64,000 nucleotides of DNA from Marsupella aquatica. Taxonomy: Eukaryota; Plantae; Marchantiophyta. A program made the translations under genes and the position numbers. Of this stretch, positions 1 through 10,670 are shown in pieces. The stretch spans positions 10,258,286 through 10,322,285 of the forward strand of contig OZ316898.1 of NCBI GenBank assembly GCA_973895155.1. Direction: 5' to 3'. Position 1 is the stretch's first letter. Every line of letters begins with the position of its first letter. The notes below the pieces were generated by a model. The model worked only from the letters and a program-made list of their open reading frames with translations. It was not told where the DNA came from and did not search any database.

Positions 1-2480
1 CATACTAGAAACTGCTACGTGCTGCCTGTAGTTTCTGGGGAAACGTATCTCTTACGAGCAACTTTCTTCGCTGGGAACGTGACAGACCATAGCCAGACCG
101 TCGCTTTCGTCATGTGGATGGACAACAACTGGGCAAATCAATACGTATGGTACCCTGCAGGTGACTTGCTGACTTTCAAGTAATTAGAGACTACGCTCTT
201 GGGAATGCTCTGTAAACACTAACACCTTATGCAGGTACGATAAGGCTTGGATTTCAAGCATGTCCGATAATTTCTATCGTTGTCTAGCTCAAATTAAACG
301 GTCCAGCTCAAAATGCCAAATCTGATATATGACAAATTCAGTCTAGTCGATTCAGCTCTAGGAGACGAGCTAGCATAAGTGAGACAGTTTGATGGTAGGG
401 AGGGGATGGTAGGGAGGGGATCGAAGTCATAAAAAGTTGGCATAATTTGTATCGCAAAGTTCTGGATTTCAGCTGCTTGGATTCTCCACTTCATTCATGT
501 AGAAACCCATTGATTAAGTTAATAAGGGGTTCGAACAACGCCAAAAGTCTGGATTACTTACCGATGTGACTAAAACCGCAAGTTAATACTCGTGTGCTGG
601 AGATGTGGCTTGGAAGTTTGGATTGACAGCAGTGCTGTGCAGGTTCAAGTTTTTACAAATCATCTTATGATGAGTTTATCTATTCCCCTTCGAGAAGCAA
701 CTTAAACTTGTGCATCGTTTTGGACCCTGCTGGATTGATTACTTTCATATCTGCGTTGGAGCTTAGGCAGCTGGCAAGGGGTATGTACGCTTCTATTTTA
801 GCGCCAACAGCCGTTCTACAACTGGCGAACAGATCTAATTTCGGACCAAACGAAACTAGCACCGTCAAAATTTGGAGGTATGTAAACCTGAAATGCCTTT
901 ATTGATGATATTCTGTCACCTTGTTCGAGAAGTTGTGGAGTCAAGAGTAGTATCCATTGACGTACTCATGTCACGCAATATGACCACTAACGGGACTGGC
1001 ATATATCCATATAAGGTGACAAATCACACAAATCACTGGGCAACACCTTTCGATTCTCACATAACGTTTGCCCATCACTGGGTGATTGATCTACTTACAT
1101 ACTCAACCATAATACGAACCTACAGGCTTCTTGTTGAGTTCAAGCGAGCCGTTTAGTTCGTTCGAGACCTTCATCTCTTCTGTTTTCATTTCCCTTTGAT
1201 CTTCATGTATGGCATGCCAAACAACATCCTGCAAGACTGCAATTATCTTGCAGAGACCTTATTTAAAAGGCCGGTACACACCTCAAATGAGATAAAAATG
1301 CCATTTACATGCCACAAGAGGCGAGCCTTCGCTGCTACTGTGGGCGGATGATTACGTGCAGGCCCTTTTCCACATACAAGTGTTACGATGTAATAAAATA
1401 TTTCGCCTACAATGCCTCCAGACACCTATCCTTAACTTTTGCAGATTCCGCATCTAGGAGCAGGTCTATCGTCATTTGGTCTAAGATATTACCAATAGCT
1501 GGATTTGCAGTAATTGTTAAGAAGGTTTTCAGTACGTCTGTTGAATGTTACTCCTCGCTCTACAGTTGCTTACGTCTTTACATCAGATGATTCTTATCAC
1601 AGGTACCCTGATGATGCTTACGACAGGATCTGGACATTGCCGAGTTTACCCAGCAATACCTTCACATCACTACGTAACAGCAGTATTTCCCTCTCATCCA
1701 ATTCTATCGCTCATGACCCAGATCAGGCGCCATTATCGGTGATGGAGGATGCTTGGGTTGTAGACGGGTCCAGCCCTATTGTATATACGTTTGATTCTTT
1801 CGGCCAGTCACCTGTTGGTATTTACACTGCGGCGTATTTCGAGGAGCTCGACGGCAATGCTTTTGGCAACAATGTCCGCGGAATGAATTACTATTTGAAT
1901 GATAGTCTCGTTCAGTCGTTCAATGTCACCAATGAACCGTTGGAGATTCATCTCCATTCTCATAGCTTGGCCAATTCGCTGAACATCTCTTTTACAAAAG
2001 CTGCGTGGTCGAGCTTCTCACCCATCTTGAATGCCTTCGAGCTGTATACAACGTGGACCTTCAACACATCGACGACTGCTGCCGAAGACGGTGAGAGTAT
2101 CTGGACATTATTAGTCTCTATTAGTTCACCCGCATCAGTGTTGTTGTTTGTGACTGCACAGAAGGCTGCATCTCGTTTTCTTAGATAGACATCAATTGTT
2201 AAAGCAACGGTACGTAGCTTCGTCAGGGACCTCAAATGGCTGCGGATCTCACTTGTATGTTTTTTATACTGGCAGTGAGCGCTATCGAAGCTCTGAAAGA
2301 CCACTTCAACTTGACGGACTGGACTGGCGATCCATGTCTCCCCGCATCAACATTTGATTGGTTGGATTGCAATGATGATTCTTCTTCAACCAAGCGCGTA
2401 ACCAAGCTGTGAGTTTCTCGTTTCATTATACAACACTAGGAAATGTAGGCGAGCGACGACTTACTCTCAACCACTCGATA

Positions 2481-4107
2481 TCTATCTATCTACAATTATA
2501 ATATGTGATACCACCATTTTTTGGTCCTTAGTCCTGTTAGGAAATGTGCTCTGGGCGGGACCCTTTTTGGTCCTTAGCCGTGTTAGGAAATGTGCTCTGA
2601 GCGAGGGGAATGATCGATAGTCATTAGATCTGTTCAATGTTTTTCCTTATATTCCGTGCCCCTACCTCTCTCCCTCGCACGCACACACGTCCTGTTAGGA
2701 AATGTGCTGTGGGCGGGAATGATCCACAACCATTAGATGTTTTCAATGTTTTTCCTTACCGTTCGATCTAAAAAAGGATGCCCCTGTCTCCCTCCCCGCA
2801 CACACCGCCTCTGTCGGTCGTCAGGAGGCTCTCCTGCCTTCCTGACGAGCGCCTCCTGCCATCCCAGGGCCAAAGTCCTCCCATGGCACCATACAAAGTA
2901 TGTTGCAGGTTTATCTGCATTTCTCATAAAGGTAAGAATAAGTTCATGGAATGCAAAGTACAAGAAAGTGCAATATATTAAAGTATATCGGTACTAGCGG
3001 TACACTGTACAAACTGTATAAGGTACACCTTATGCTATACAATAATAATTACCTTACTGCAATCCGACTTCTTTCTATTAAAAAACAGTTGCCATAAAAA
3101 TGAATCTGATTTCTAATATTCTTGGGGTGAGCCAAACTAAGCCAGAAAAAATTGAATAGAGTTAGAGTGAAAAGACTCAAACGTCAACGTTTTTAGCTAT
3201 CTTTATTCTTTCTTGATTTAGATAGGATATGTTTTTGCACAGAAAACTAAATATTTGTTTTTACGTAATCTAGGAGGGAGTGCCGTAGTCTCCTCTTTTT
3301 GTCATATGTGCTCTCTTTTATCATATGTGTTAATTGAATGTAAAGTCAAGAATTCCTTTGATTATTCTTTTTTCTTTTGTCATTTAACGCAGTCATTAGG
3401 CTTTCATTCCTTCACTATTCACTTTTTAAAGATTCCTTCCTCGTCAGCTTAAAAAGTAGTCACGATTTCCCTCATTGCCCTCTTGTTTGCTTAGTGCTCA
3501 CTCTTTTATGAATCACATTTCTCTACATTTCAACCGTTTCATTTTGCAAACAGGTATGCTATCAAAATTTAGTATTCAATTTGTCATTCAACATGTAATG
3601 AAGCTACACTTGTGCACTAGTGCAAGTGATTCGGGTACTTTATTGCTGTCATATTGAATTCCCGATTGAATTGATGAAACAGCCGAGAGAGTTCATTCAT
3701 GGAGTGAAAGTCAGGTCTAGAAATGCAAGTCAACTCAGATATTTTACAGCTGTCACAAAAACACTGTGAAACAGCCGAGAGAAAAATTATAGATATAAGT
3801 GATAGATGTCCAAAATCTGCTAAACTCCAAAATATGCTACGGAAAAAACCTCCACACAACACAAAGAGTGTTATGTATTGAGAAAGCGCACAAACCAGAG
3901 AAGCCACCAAAATATATTGCTCCTAGAAAATAAATAATCGTCAGTTACGTGCATTGAGGAGATGCACAAAACCAAAATACAATTGCAACCATTATAATTA
4001 TATGAAAAACTGTCACCATATGTCTAAAAGGATGCCACTCTTCAAATCTACCCCACCTAAATAATATACATTCTATCAAGCCTAGATTGAGCAAGCCTTC
4101 CTGCTAG
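2481..4107 (+). mobile_element. Non-autonomous Helitron-like element
   Basis: Starts A|TCTATCTATCTACAATTATAAT and ends CTGCTAG|T (AT target, TC...CTAG termini). Three internal copies of tgttaggaaatgtgct.tg.gcg between ~2533 and 2717. The 3' GC hairpin is not clearly preserved. Confidence 0.45.
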
Positions 4108-4125
4108 TGGGTAGTATATGGAAAC

Positions 4126-4521
4126 TGTTAGGTTATGCCTCTAGTGTAACTTTAATTACTTCCATAGTACTAGTTAGGTTTTAGCACACTAGGATAACAC
4201 TTGTTTGAATTCCAGGTTCCATAGACTATGGGAGTGGATATAAGTTGTACCCGAGGGGAACACAAGCTTGACATACTCACACTTACAGGTTGGAGAAAGA
4301 ATGAGGAGGTGAGAGGGTTAGCTATGACACGTTTAATATATGGTTTCTCATTATTGGATTTCTCTCAGAGAGGAGTGGATGTAACCCAAAGTGGATGTAA
4401 CCCAAAGTGGATGTAACCCGAACAGAGTGAATCACAGTGAATCACGTACTTTCAGTGTAATTTATGGATGCTTGTTCCGATGTGTTGACACTGAACTCTT
4501 TTTGTCTAGATTTATCACACA
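4126..4521 (+). mobile_element. Solo LTR (copia-like), 396 bp
   Basis: TG...CA termini flanked by a 5-bp TSD GAAAC (4121-4125 and 4522-4526). The internal gtggatgtaacc...gtgaatcacgta motif resembles gtggacgtagcc...gcgaaccacgta in the copia LTRs at 29043 and 34769. It contains a 16-bp unit present three times. Confidence 0.85.
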
Positions 4522-4715
4522 GAAACCCTGATACGTAAACCTCTTTAAACCTTAGATGTCATATTTTATGCGCAAAGGGACTCCTCAACTAAAACTTGAG
4601 TGCATTAATGGGTTCTTCATTTGATAAACCAACATTCCATGAGATATCTTGGGCTAGGGGTTTACACAAAACATGTACTGATATTTACATCGAAGAGTAG
4701 CTCCCTACGTCCAAA

Positions 4716-5114
4716 TTAAGCTGAAAATGCACGAACCACTTTCTCAATAGCTTCTCGGATGTCCAAGTATGTGTCTCCCGTGTAATCAGGGTGAAAACCT
4801 CCCTGCAGAACACATGGAAGAAGATTGGCATTGTTGACGCTACACAGACCTTCCTTGTCAGGACGATGAGAACTTTCCAGCTCCACGGAGTGCTGAGAAA
4901 GATGATGGTATGGAAAGATCCTTCGAGTAACTTTACCGCACAAATTAAACTGACCTTCAATCCAGTGATGATTACTGAATATAAAAAAGAGTTGGAGTGA
5001 ATGTTAGACATCATGAGCATGAATCAATGAGGTCACACCTGCATGTAGACCTCTATAGCTCCACTTTCCCATGCCTTAATCGCTCTGCGATCGAGAAATC
5101 TCCTCTAAAGATAG
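4716..5114 (-). pseudogene. fbiC: Two-exon remnant of FO synthase (CofH-like radical-SAM domain of FbiC)
   Basis: Exon 5114-5039 (LSLEEISR/RRAIKAWESGAIEVYMQ, one frameshift) joins through a phase-0 GT-AG intron (5038-4803) to exon 4802-4716 (GGFHPDYTGDTYLDIREAIEKVVRAFSA*). This matches the recalled CofH/FbiC consensus LSLEEI.RRA.EAWE.GATEVCMQGGIHPD.TG..YL.I......HAFS. Confidence 0.75.
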
Positions 5115-8100
5115 CCTGGGTGGTAGGGGTTACCGAGAACCACGACCAGTGGTAGGCAACAAAAGATTCATGATCTCCGACTTTGTTCAAGTAGGCTAGT
5201 ACGATCTTTTAGCATATTTGATATGGTATCTTTCGTGCCTCGGACCATCATACTGCAAAGCGCATTGGTCGTTCCATTCAAGTTCCCATCTCTAGTATAT
5301 TAATTATATATATATTTAGTATATATATTATTTGTGCACCATGAAGTTCATTGGAGTTCTGAGAGCAAGAAACTGTCTTCTTACCGAAGAGAGTACATGA
5401 CTGCCTGCAGGAATCTGGCAAATCGAGGGTTCGCGGGAACATTCCATTGGAAACCTCAAATCTGACAGCAATGACTGACTTGTAAGTTTTGCTCCATATA
5501 TGCTAATATTTCAAGCAGATTTTGCTCGTGCTAAGGTATCTGATCGACTGGTCGAGTGACCAGATTGGAATTTTGTCTACGCGAAAGGAAAGGTGGACGG
5601 GAGTACGTCCTCTACTTAGCTCATCCATCCAGAAAAAGAAATCTCAACGCCTTGAAATTTCTCTCGATAGTTAGAATTCTCCAACCTAGGGACCGAAGTA
5701 CGTACGTTAGACGGATCTACATGCATACAAAGTCTTCAAGCACACAAAGCGAAGAATTCAAATTATTTCGCAAATCAATAACCCTGGAGGTAATGTGTAG
5801 GAGTAAATTGAGAAATGGCATTTTCATTCATATACAGAGCTCAAATACATATCTATCTAGCTGACTATATATTTACTAGTTAACCCTTCAATGTTTTTTT
5901 CTTCTCTGTCAGACAGTTCATATAATTTATGGAACTAGAATTGTCGGTTGCTAAGGTAACTCGTTAAACGCCAGTCATTCGAGCTCGAGATTGTATTGAA
6001 TTCTGACTCTTGCCTCTTAGCTACGTTTTGATACTACATGGTAGTCCACAAGCTATCCGACGAGATCCTGGCCTAATGATGGGCTCCTTTAGTTATGGCT
6101 CTTAGTTGGTATTTTCCTCAGGTTACTCAACAACAACAGCTTCAATGGCTCGATTCCAGACTTTAGTGCTCTTGCTCATCTTCAAAATTTGTAAGTATTT
6201 GGCAGTGTTTTCCACTGCACCTGTTTAATTTGCTCTCTGACTGTCGGAAACCTGGTAGAATCTGACGGTTCGTGGTCCAATTTTAATTCAGCCTAAAAGC
6301 AGGTACTTAAGTAATTAAGCATATGGTTGAGCATATAAGCAATCGAGCCTTCGTCGGTCGAACACCCGGCATGAGCCAGTTAAAATATGTATTTTGTTGG
6401 AGTTTACGGCTTCGGATTTCCAAATTTCCCAATTTCCCTTCGTAGCCGTTGTCCTTATCTAAAGCAATTGTATGTCAGTGAGGCCCGATCCAAGAGGTCT
6501 TCTTACTAGAACCTTGCATGATGCAATTAAGGTACGTGTGTAAAGTTCGAGCTAATCATGAGCTGCCAGGAAAATGACTCTATGTCGAGCTTTGTTGTAT
6601 GAAGTTTATCTGTCCAATGAGCTTTACTTCAGCTCAATTTATTGACACCAGATCGTGAAACTGTGCTGAAATGATGAGATCAAACTAACTAGGTGTTCTT
6701 CTGGTTCAACGCCTCCGACAAAGCTACATCACGTGGTTCTCTGACGTGGTTTTGGATTTAATCCTCTGACTGCGCTGTTATTTATTTTGGTTTGTATATA
6801 GACGCTTGGAGAACAACAATCTCAGTGGACCGGTGCCCTCGTATTTATTAACCAAGCCGGGATTGGACTTCTCGTAAGTACATACTTCTAGTATATGATT
6901 CATGTAGTTACGCAAAATTTAAGCTTGATATTTTGAACGTAGCATCCTAATAGAACTAGGGTCATGTCAATGTGTTCGTAGCATGCTCTCGTATCCTAGT
7001 TTCAGGCCTAATTTAAATAAGAATGTAATATTCCAAGCGGTTTGCAACTATCTATTAATGTTTTGACTAGTGCAGAGTCCATCCAGTGCCGAATAGCGTT
7101 TTAATTAAGTAGTTGTCCGATAACATACTCAAGCTCGTGCTTGTTAACTTAGCTTACAATTACTAGCTTCCTGAATCGTTGAGTTCATACAGATATGCGG
7201 GCAATCCTGGACTGTTTATCCCGAGGAATATCTCGGCGGCCTCGAGTAAAACCAAAGCTAGCGTTGGAGCTGTTGTGGGAGGTATCCTTGGCGGCCTAGC
7301 TGCAGTAGCAATAGTCTCAACGATCATATTATATATGTTCTTCACAAGGAAGAGACGTGCTGATGCTAAGATTTTGAAAGTCATAGAACAAGCAGGTCAG
7401 TTCCCGAGACTTGCTATAAGTAATGATGTTACATTGTTCATGAGATCTGGAAATGGAGCGCATAGTTACCTGCCAGTAACGTTGAATTGATAATTGGCAC
7501 ATCTGCATGCTCTGCTCCTACATCCACTTGTTTTCAGCTCCAGTGGTTTCAGGTGATCTCTACAGATGCTAGCACTGAGTATTGTCCAGCTACCTATATA
7601 TCGTTGCTCCATTTGTCAAGTGTTTTCAGCATCGCATTACCTTAATTTCATATTAGTGTTCCGAATGTTGGATTCGGAAAATTACCTGACTTAGTAGAAG
7701 TACAATGCCGTCACGGATCCGAGAATGCGTGTATGATGGTGCATATGATAAACAGTTCAAGCTCCTGCTCTGAATATTAAAGTTTTTTTTGGCACTGGCA
7801 TATATACTGTGCAGAAAATCCGTATCAACTCGAATTCACCAAACTTAGAAAGACTTTAGCAGGATCCTTAACCTCGCTAACCTTGCAAGAGGTAAGCAAT
7901 GTGACAAAGAAGTTTTCTAAGAAACTTGGCGAGGGATCATTCGGGCCGGTATATTACGGAAGGCTTCCAGATGGAACCGAAGTGGCTGTGAAAGTAAAGT
8001 CTGCGGATTCTCGCCAGGGAGAGACCGAGTTCTTTAACGAGGTATGTTTGTAAGACAATTTGTTTTCGGTCATGCTTGAGATTCCCAGATGCATGTCCTT

Positions 8101-10193
8101 GAAGTTTACTTGAATTTTCAAAGGGTCAGGAAAGCTTTGGCTGACCATACATCTTGTGTACAATGTTGGAATTTGACCAATTAACTGAGCTCAGGTATAT
8201 ACCAGATCAATATGAGCTCTTGTTGCATGGTACTCAGCTCACATTGACTGATGTATGTACGTACCCAGGTTGAGGTCCTCTCACGAATACATCATAGGAA
8301 CCTGGTGTCACTGGTTGGGTTTTGTGAAGATGCGAACCAGCAAATATTAATCTACGTTTATGTATCAAACGGGGCTCTTCGGGACCACCTTTACGGTAAA
8401 TTCAGATTTTCCACTACATCATCTACCATCTATCATCTACTCAAATTAATAAGGTTCATAGATCATGGACATTTAAACGTGGAATACTGGTTTCGATGCT
8501 ACAGGGGACAAGTCAAGCAACCGTCTGGATTGGATCACGAGGCTCGACATTGCTCTGAATGCAGCAAGAGGTATGGTCCAGCACATGCCCGGCTTGCTAT
8601 GGGTTTCAAATATAGGCTGTCAGTTAATAAACTGAGTACGTTTTCTTCAGTTTCGAAAACTCGAAGATATCTACTAGCCCATAAAAAAGAAGAGGCCGGG
8701 GTTAAGCTGTGCTTCTTGGAATCTGACTAATAAACAATGAGAAACGGTTTCAATAATTCATATTTGCTGTGTTGTATGATATAATCATTATCTCTTGTTG
8801 TTTATAAATGTTTGAAGGGCTACAGTATCTCCATACAGACTGTGAGCCACGAATAATTCATCGTGACGTCAAATCGACCAATATTTTACTTGACCATAAC
8901 ATGATGGCCAAAGTAGCCGACTTCGGGATCTCAAAGCAAGCCCCCGAAGGAATGGTCACCGGTGTCGATACTCTACTGAAGGGCACGTTTGGCTACATGG
9001 ATCCAGAGTATGCAAAACTGCTATCCGAGCTCTTTCATCCCCGCTTTCATCGTGCAAACACTGTGCTCGGATCTTAGCCCAAGATCCAGTGACTTTCAAT
9101 GCCCAATCTACACCGTCCTTCAATAGTTTGTTTCCAGCTTGCAGGTGAGAGCATAATGTTTTTCTACATGTTGAGTGACAAATCTTGCTAATACTGATCC
9201 TCTGAAAATCCATGCAGATACTTCGACACGCAGAGGTTGACTCAAAAGAGCAACGTGTACAGTTTTGGAGTCGTTCTCTTAGAGATAATTTCAGGTCGAT
9301 CTCCTTATTTTGCGGTACTTCCAGATGGTACCAGTGGAACTCTCATCCAATGGGTATGTTATCATGACAAACCTGCGTTCAACGTAAATCTCGCGAAATC
9401 TAGGTCGATTAGAGATGAAGTTTAACTTACTTTTGCGAAATGTATGTCAACATATACATGCAGGTGCGCAGTGCAGTGAAATACGGGAGCCCAATGGATA
9501 TTGTTGACCCATTGTTGAAAGGAGAATTTGACAAGGACTCTATGACGAAGGCTGTCTCCCTGGCAATCAGCTGCATCGATCCGCAAACAGCGACAAGGCC
9601 TGAAATGGATCACGTTGTGCGAACACTTACAGACGCAATTCAATTGGAACCCTTTTCTAAGGGTATCATGAGCACTCGTTGTGACAGTGATGGGTCTATT
9701 GCCGATGGCGACGTCAAGGCACGAGAACATTTTCAAGATTCTGAGATATATTTCGAAAGTCCCCCTGGGTCCAACGATTCAACTATTATTTCACCCAGAT
9801 AGGTTATAGTTCTTTACTGAAGGGACGCTTTAAAGCTAGCTGGCGGTTCAGTTATCGGAGGTGCACGAGGGGTTCGCAAATGTTCGTTAGGACAAAACTT
9901 TGGGCGGAGTACTCAATTTCCCTTTGCGCGAGGGTTAGATAGGGGAGCGTTTTTCATACAATGTGGCCCAGGGCTGCTCTTTGAACGTCTTTTCTTTTTG
10001 TGAGCTCTTTCAGGTCTCCAAGCTGAAGAGGCAACTCAAACTGTGAATTAGAAGTGTGCAGATTCCAACAGTGCTCAACAATTCCATTTGGATTTGTGAG
10101 TTCTTTCAATTCTCCAAGCCAAAGACGCAACTCAAACTGTAAATTATAAGGTGTGCTTACTCCAGCAATGCTGTTCAATGCTTTGGATACTAA

Positions 10194-10217
10194 GAGCCAT
10201 CTTGCATGTGAGAGTCC
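10194..10217 (+). repeat. Left TIR of the Harbinger element
   Basis: 24 bp; 21/24 match to the reverse complement of 16806-16829; preceded by TAA. Confidence 0.93.
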
Positions 10218-10561
10218 CCAAATTATCGACCCTTTAAGTGATCAGGTGGCACATTCCTACTCTTCGAGCCTTTCCTGCCTCACCCTCCTCTTGTGCCAGT
10301 CGTCACGGCAGCAATTCAGTTTTTCCAAGGACAAGGGCCGGAAATGTTCCGGCCCTTCACCGTCCTGACCTTTCAGATTCACAAAGGACAAAAATACAGT
10401 GCTTACACCTGTCGTTCAAGTGTGCATCGATTATTTTGCCGTGCGGCTTCTCCGCTACTGGTAGTCATAACCGGGGTCGTAACTCACCTGCTACTCCTCT
10501 AGGCACCCTGCAAACTGGCCTGCCCTGCATATGACTTCCGTGAGTGCTCAAGAGGGCCCCT

Positions 10562-10670
10562 ACACTCATCAGGTGCACCGCTTGTCAATCACATTGCGGC
10601 TGTTCTGTCAAAAGTGACACTCATCAGGTGCACCGCTTGTCAATCACATTGCGGCTGTTCTGTCAAAAGT
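10562..10670 (+). repeat. Perfect 54-bp tandem duplication in the left arm of the Harbinger element
   Basis: acactcatcaggtgcaccgcttgtcaatcacattgcggctgttctgtcaaaagt at 10562-10615 and 10617-10670. Confidence 0.95.

Larger units (their letters stand above)
2433..5229. mobile_element. Composite ~2.8-kb insertion in an intron of RLK copy 1
   Basis: The equivalent intron in copy 2 (40229-40436) is 208 bp. Homology to it stops near 2432 and resumes near 5230 (cctcggac.atcatactgcaaag). Boundaries are approximate. Confidence 0.8.
1..9802 (+). pseudogene. Malectin-like/LRR receptor-like kinase (LRR-I type), copy 1; 5' end outside the window; probably disrupted
   Basis: GT-AG exons 1-160, 643-877, 1603-2090, 2276-2408, 5411-5481, 6122-6190, 6802-6873, 7193-7395, 7815-8041, 8269-8395, 8505-8570, 8818-9007, 9218-9353, 9464-9802. 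Malectin-like motifs [32 protein letters not shown]; WTGDPC cap; LRR exons; TM helix; kinase motifs [31 protein letters not shown]. Exon 5411-5481 is 71 nt (72 in copy 2), giving TGA at 5463-5465. KSDVYSFG is changed to KSNVYSFG. Confidence 0.88.
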
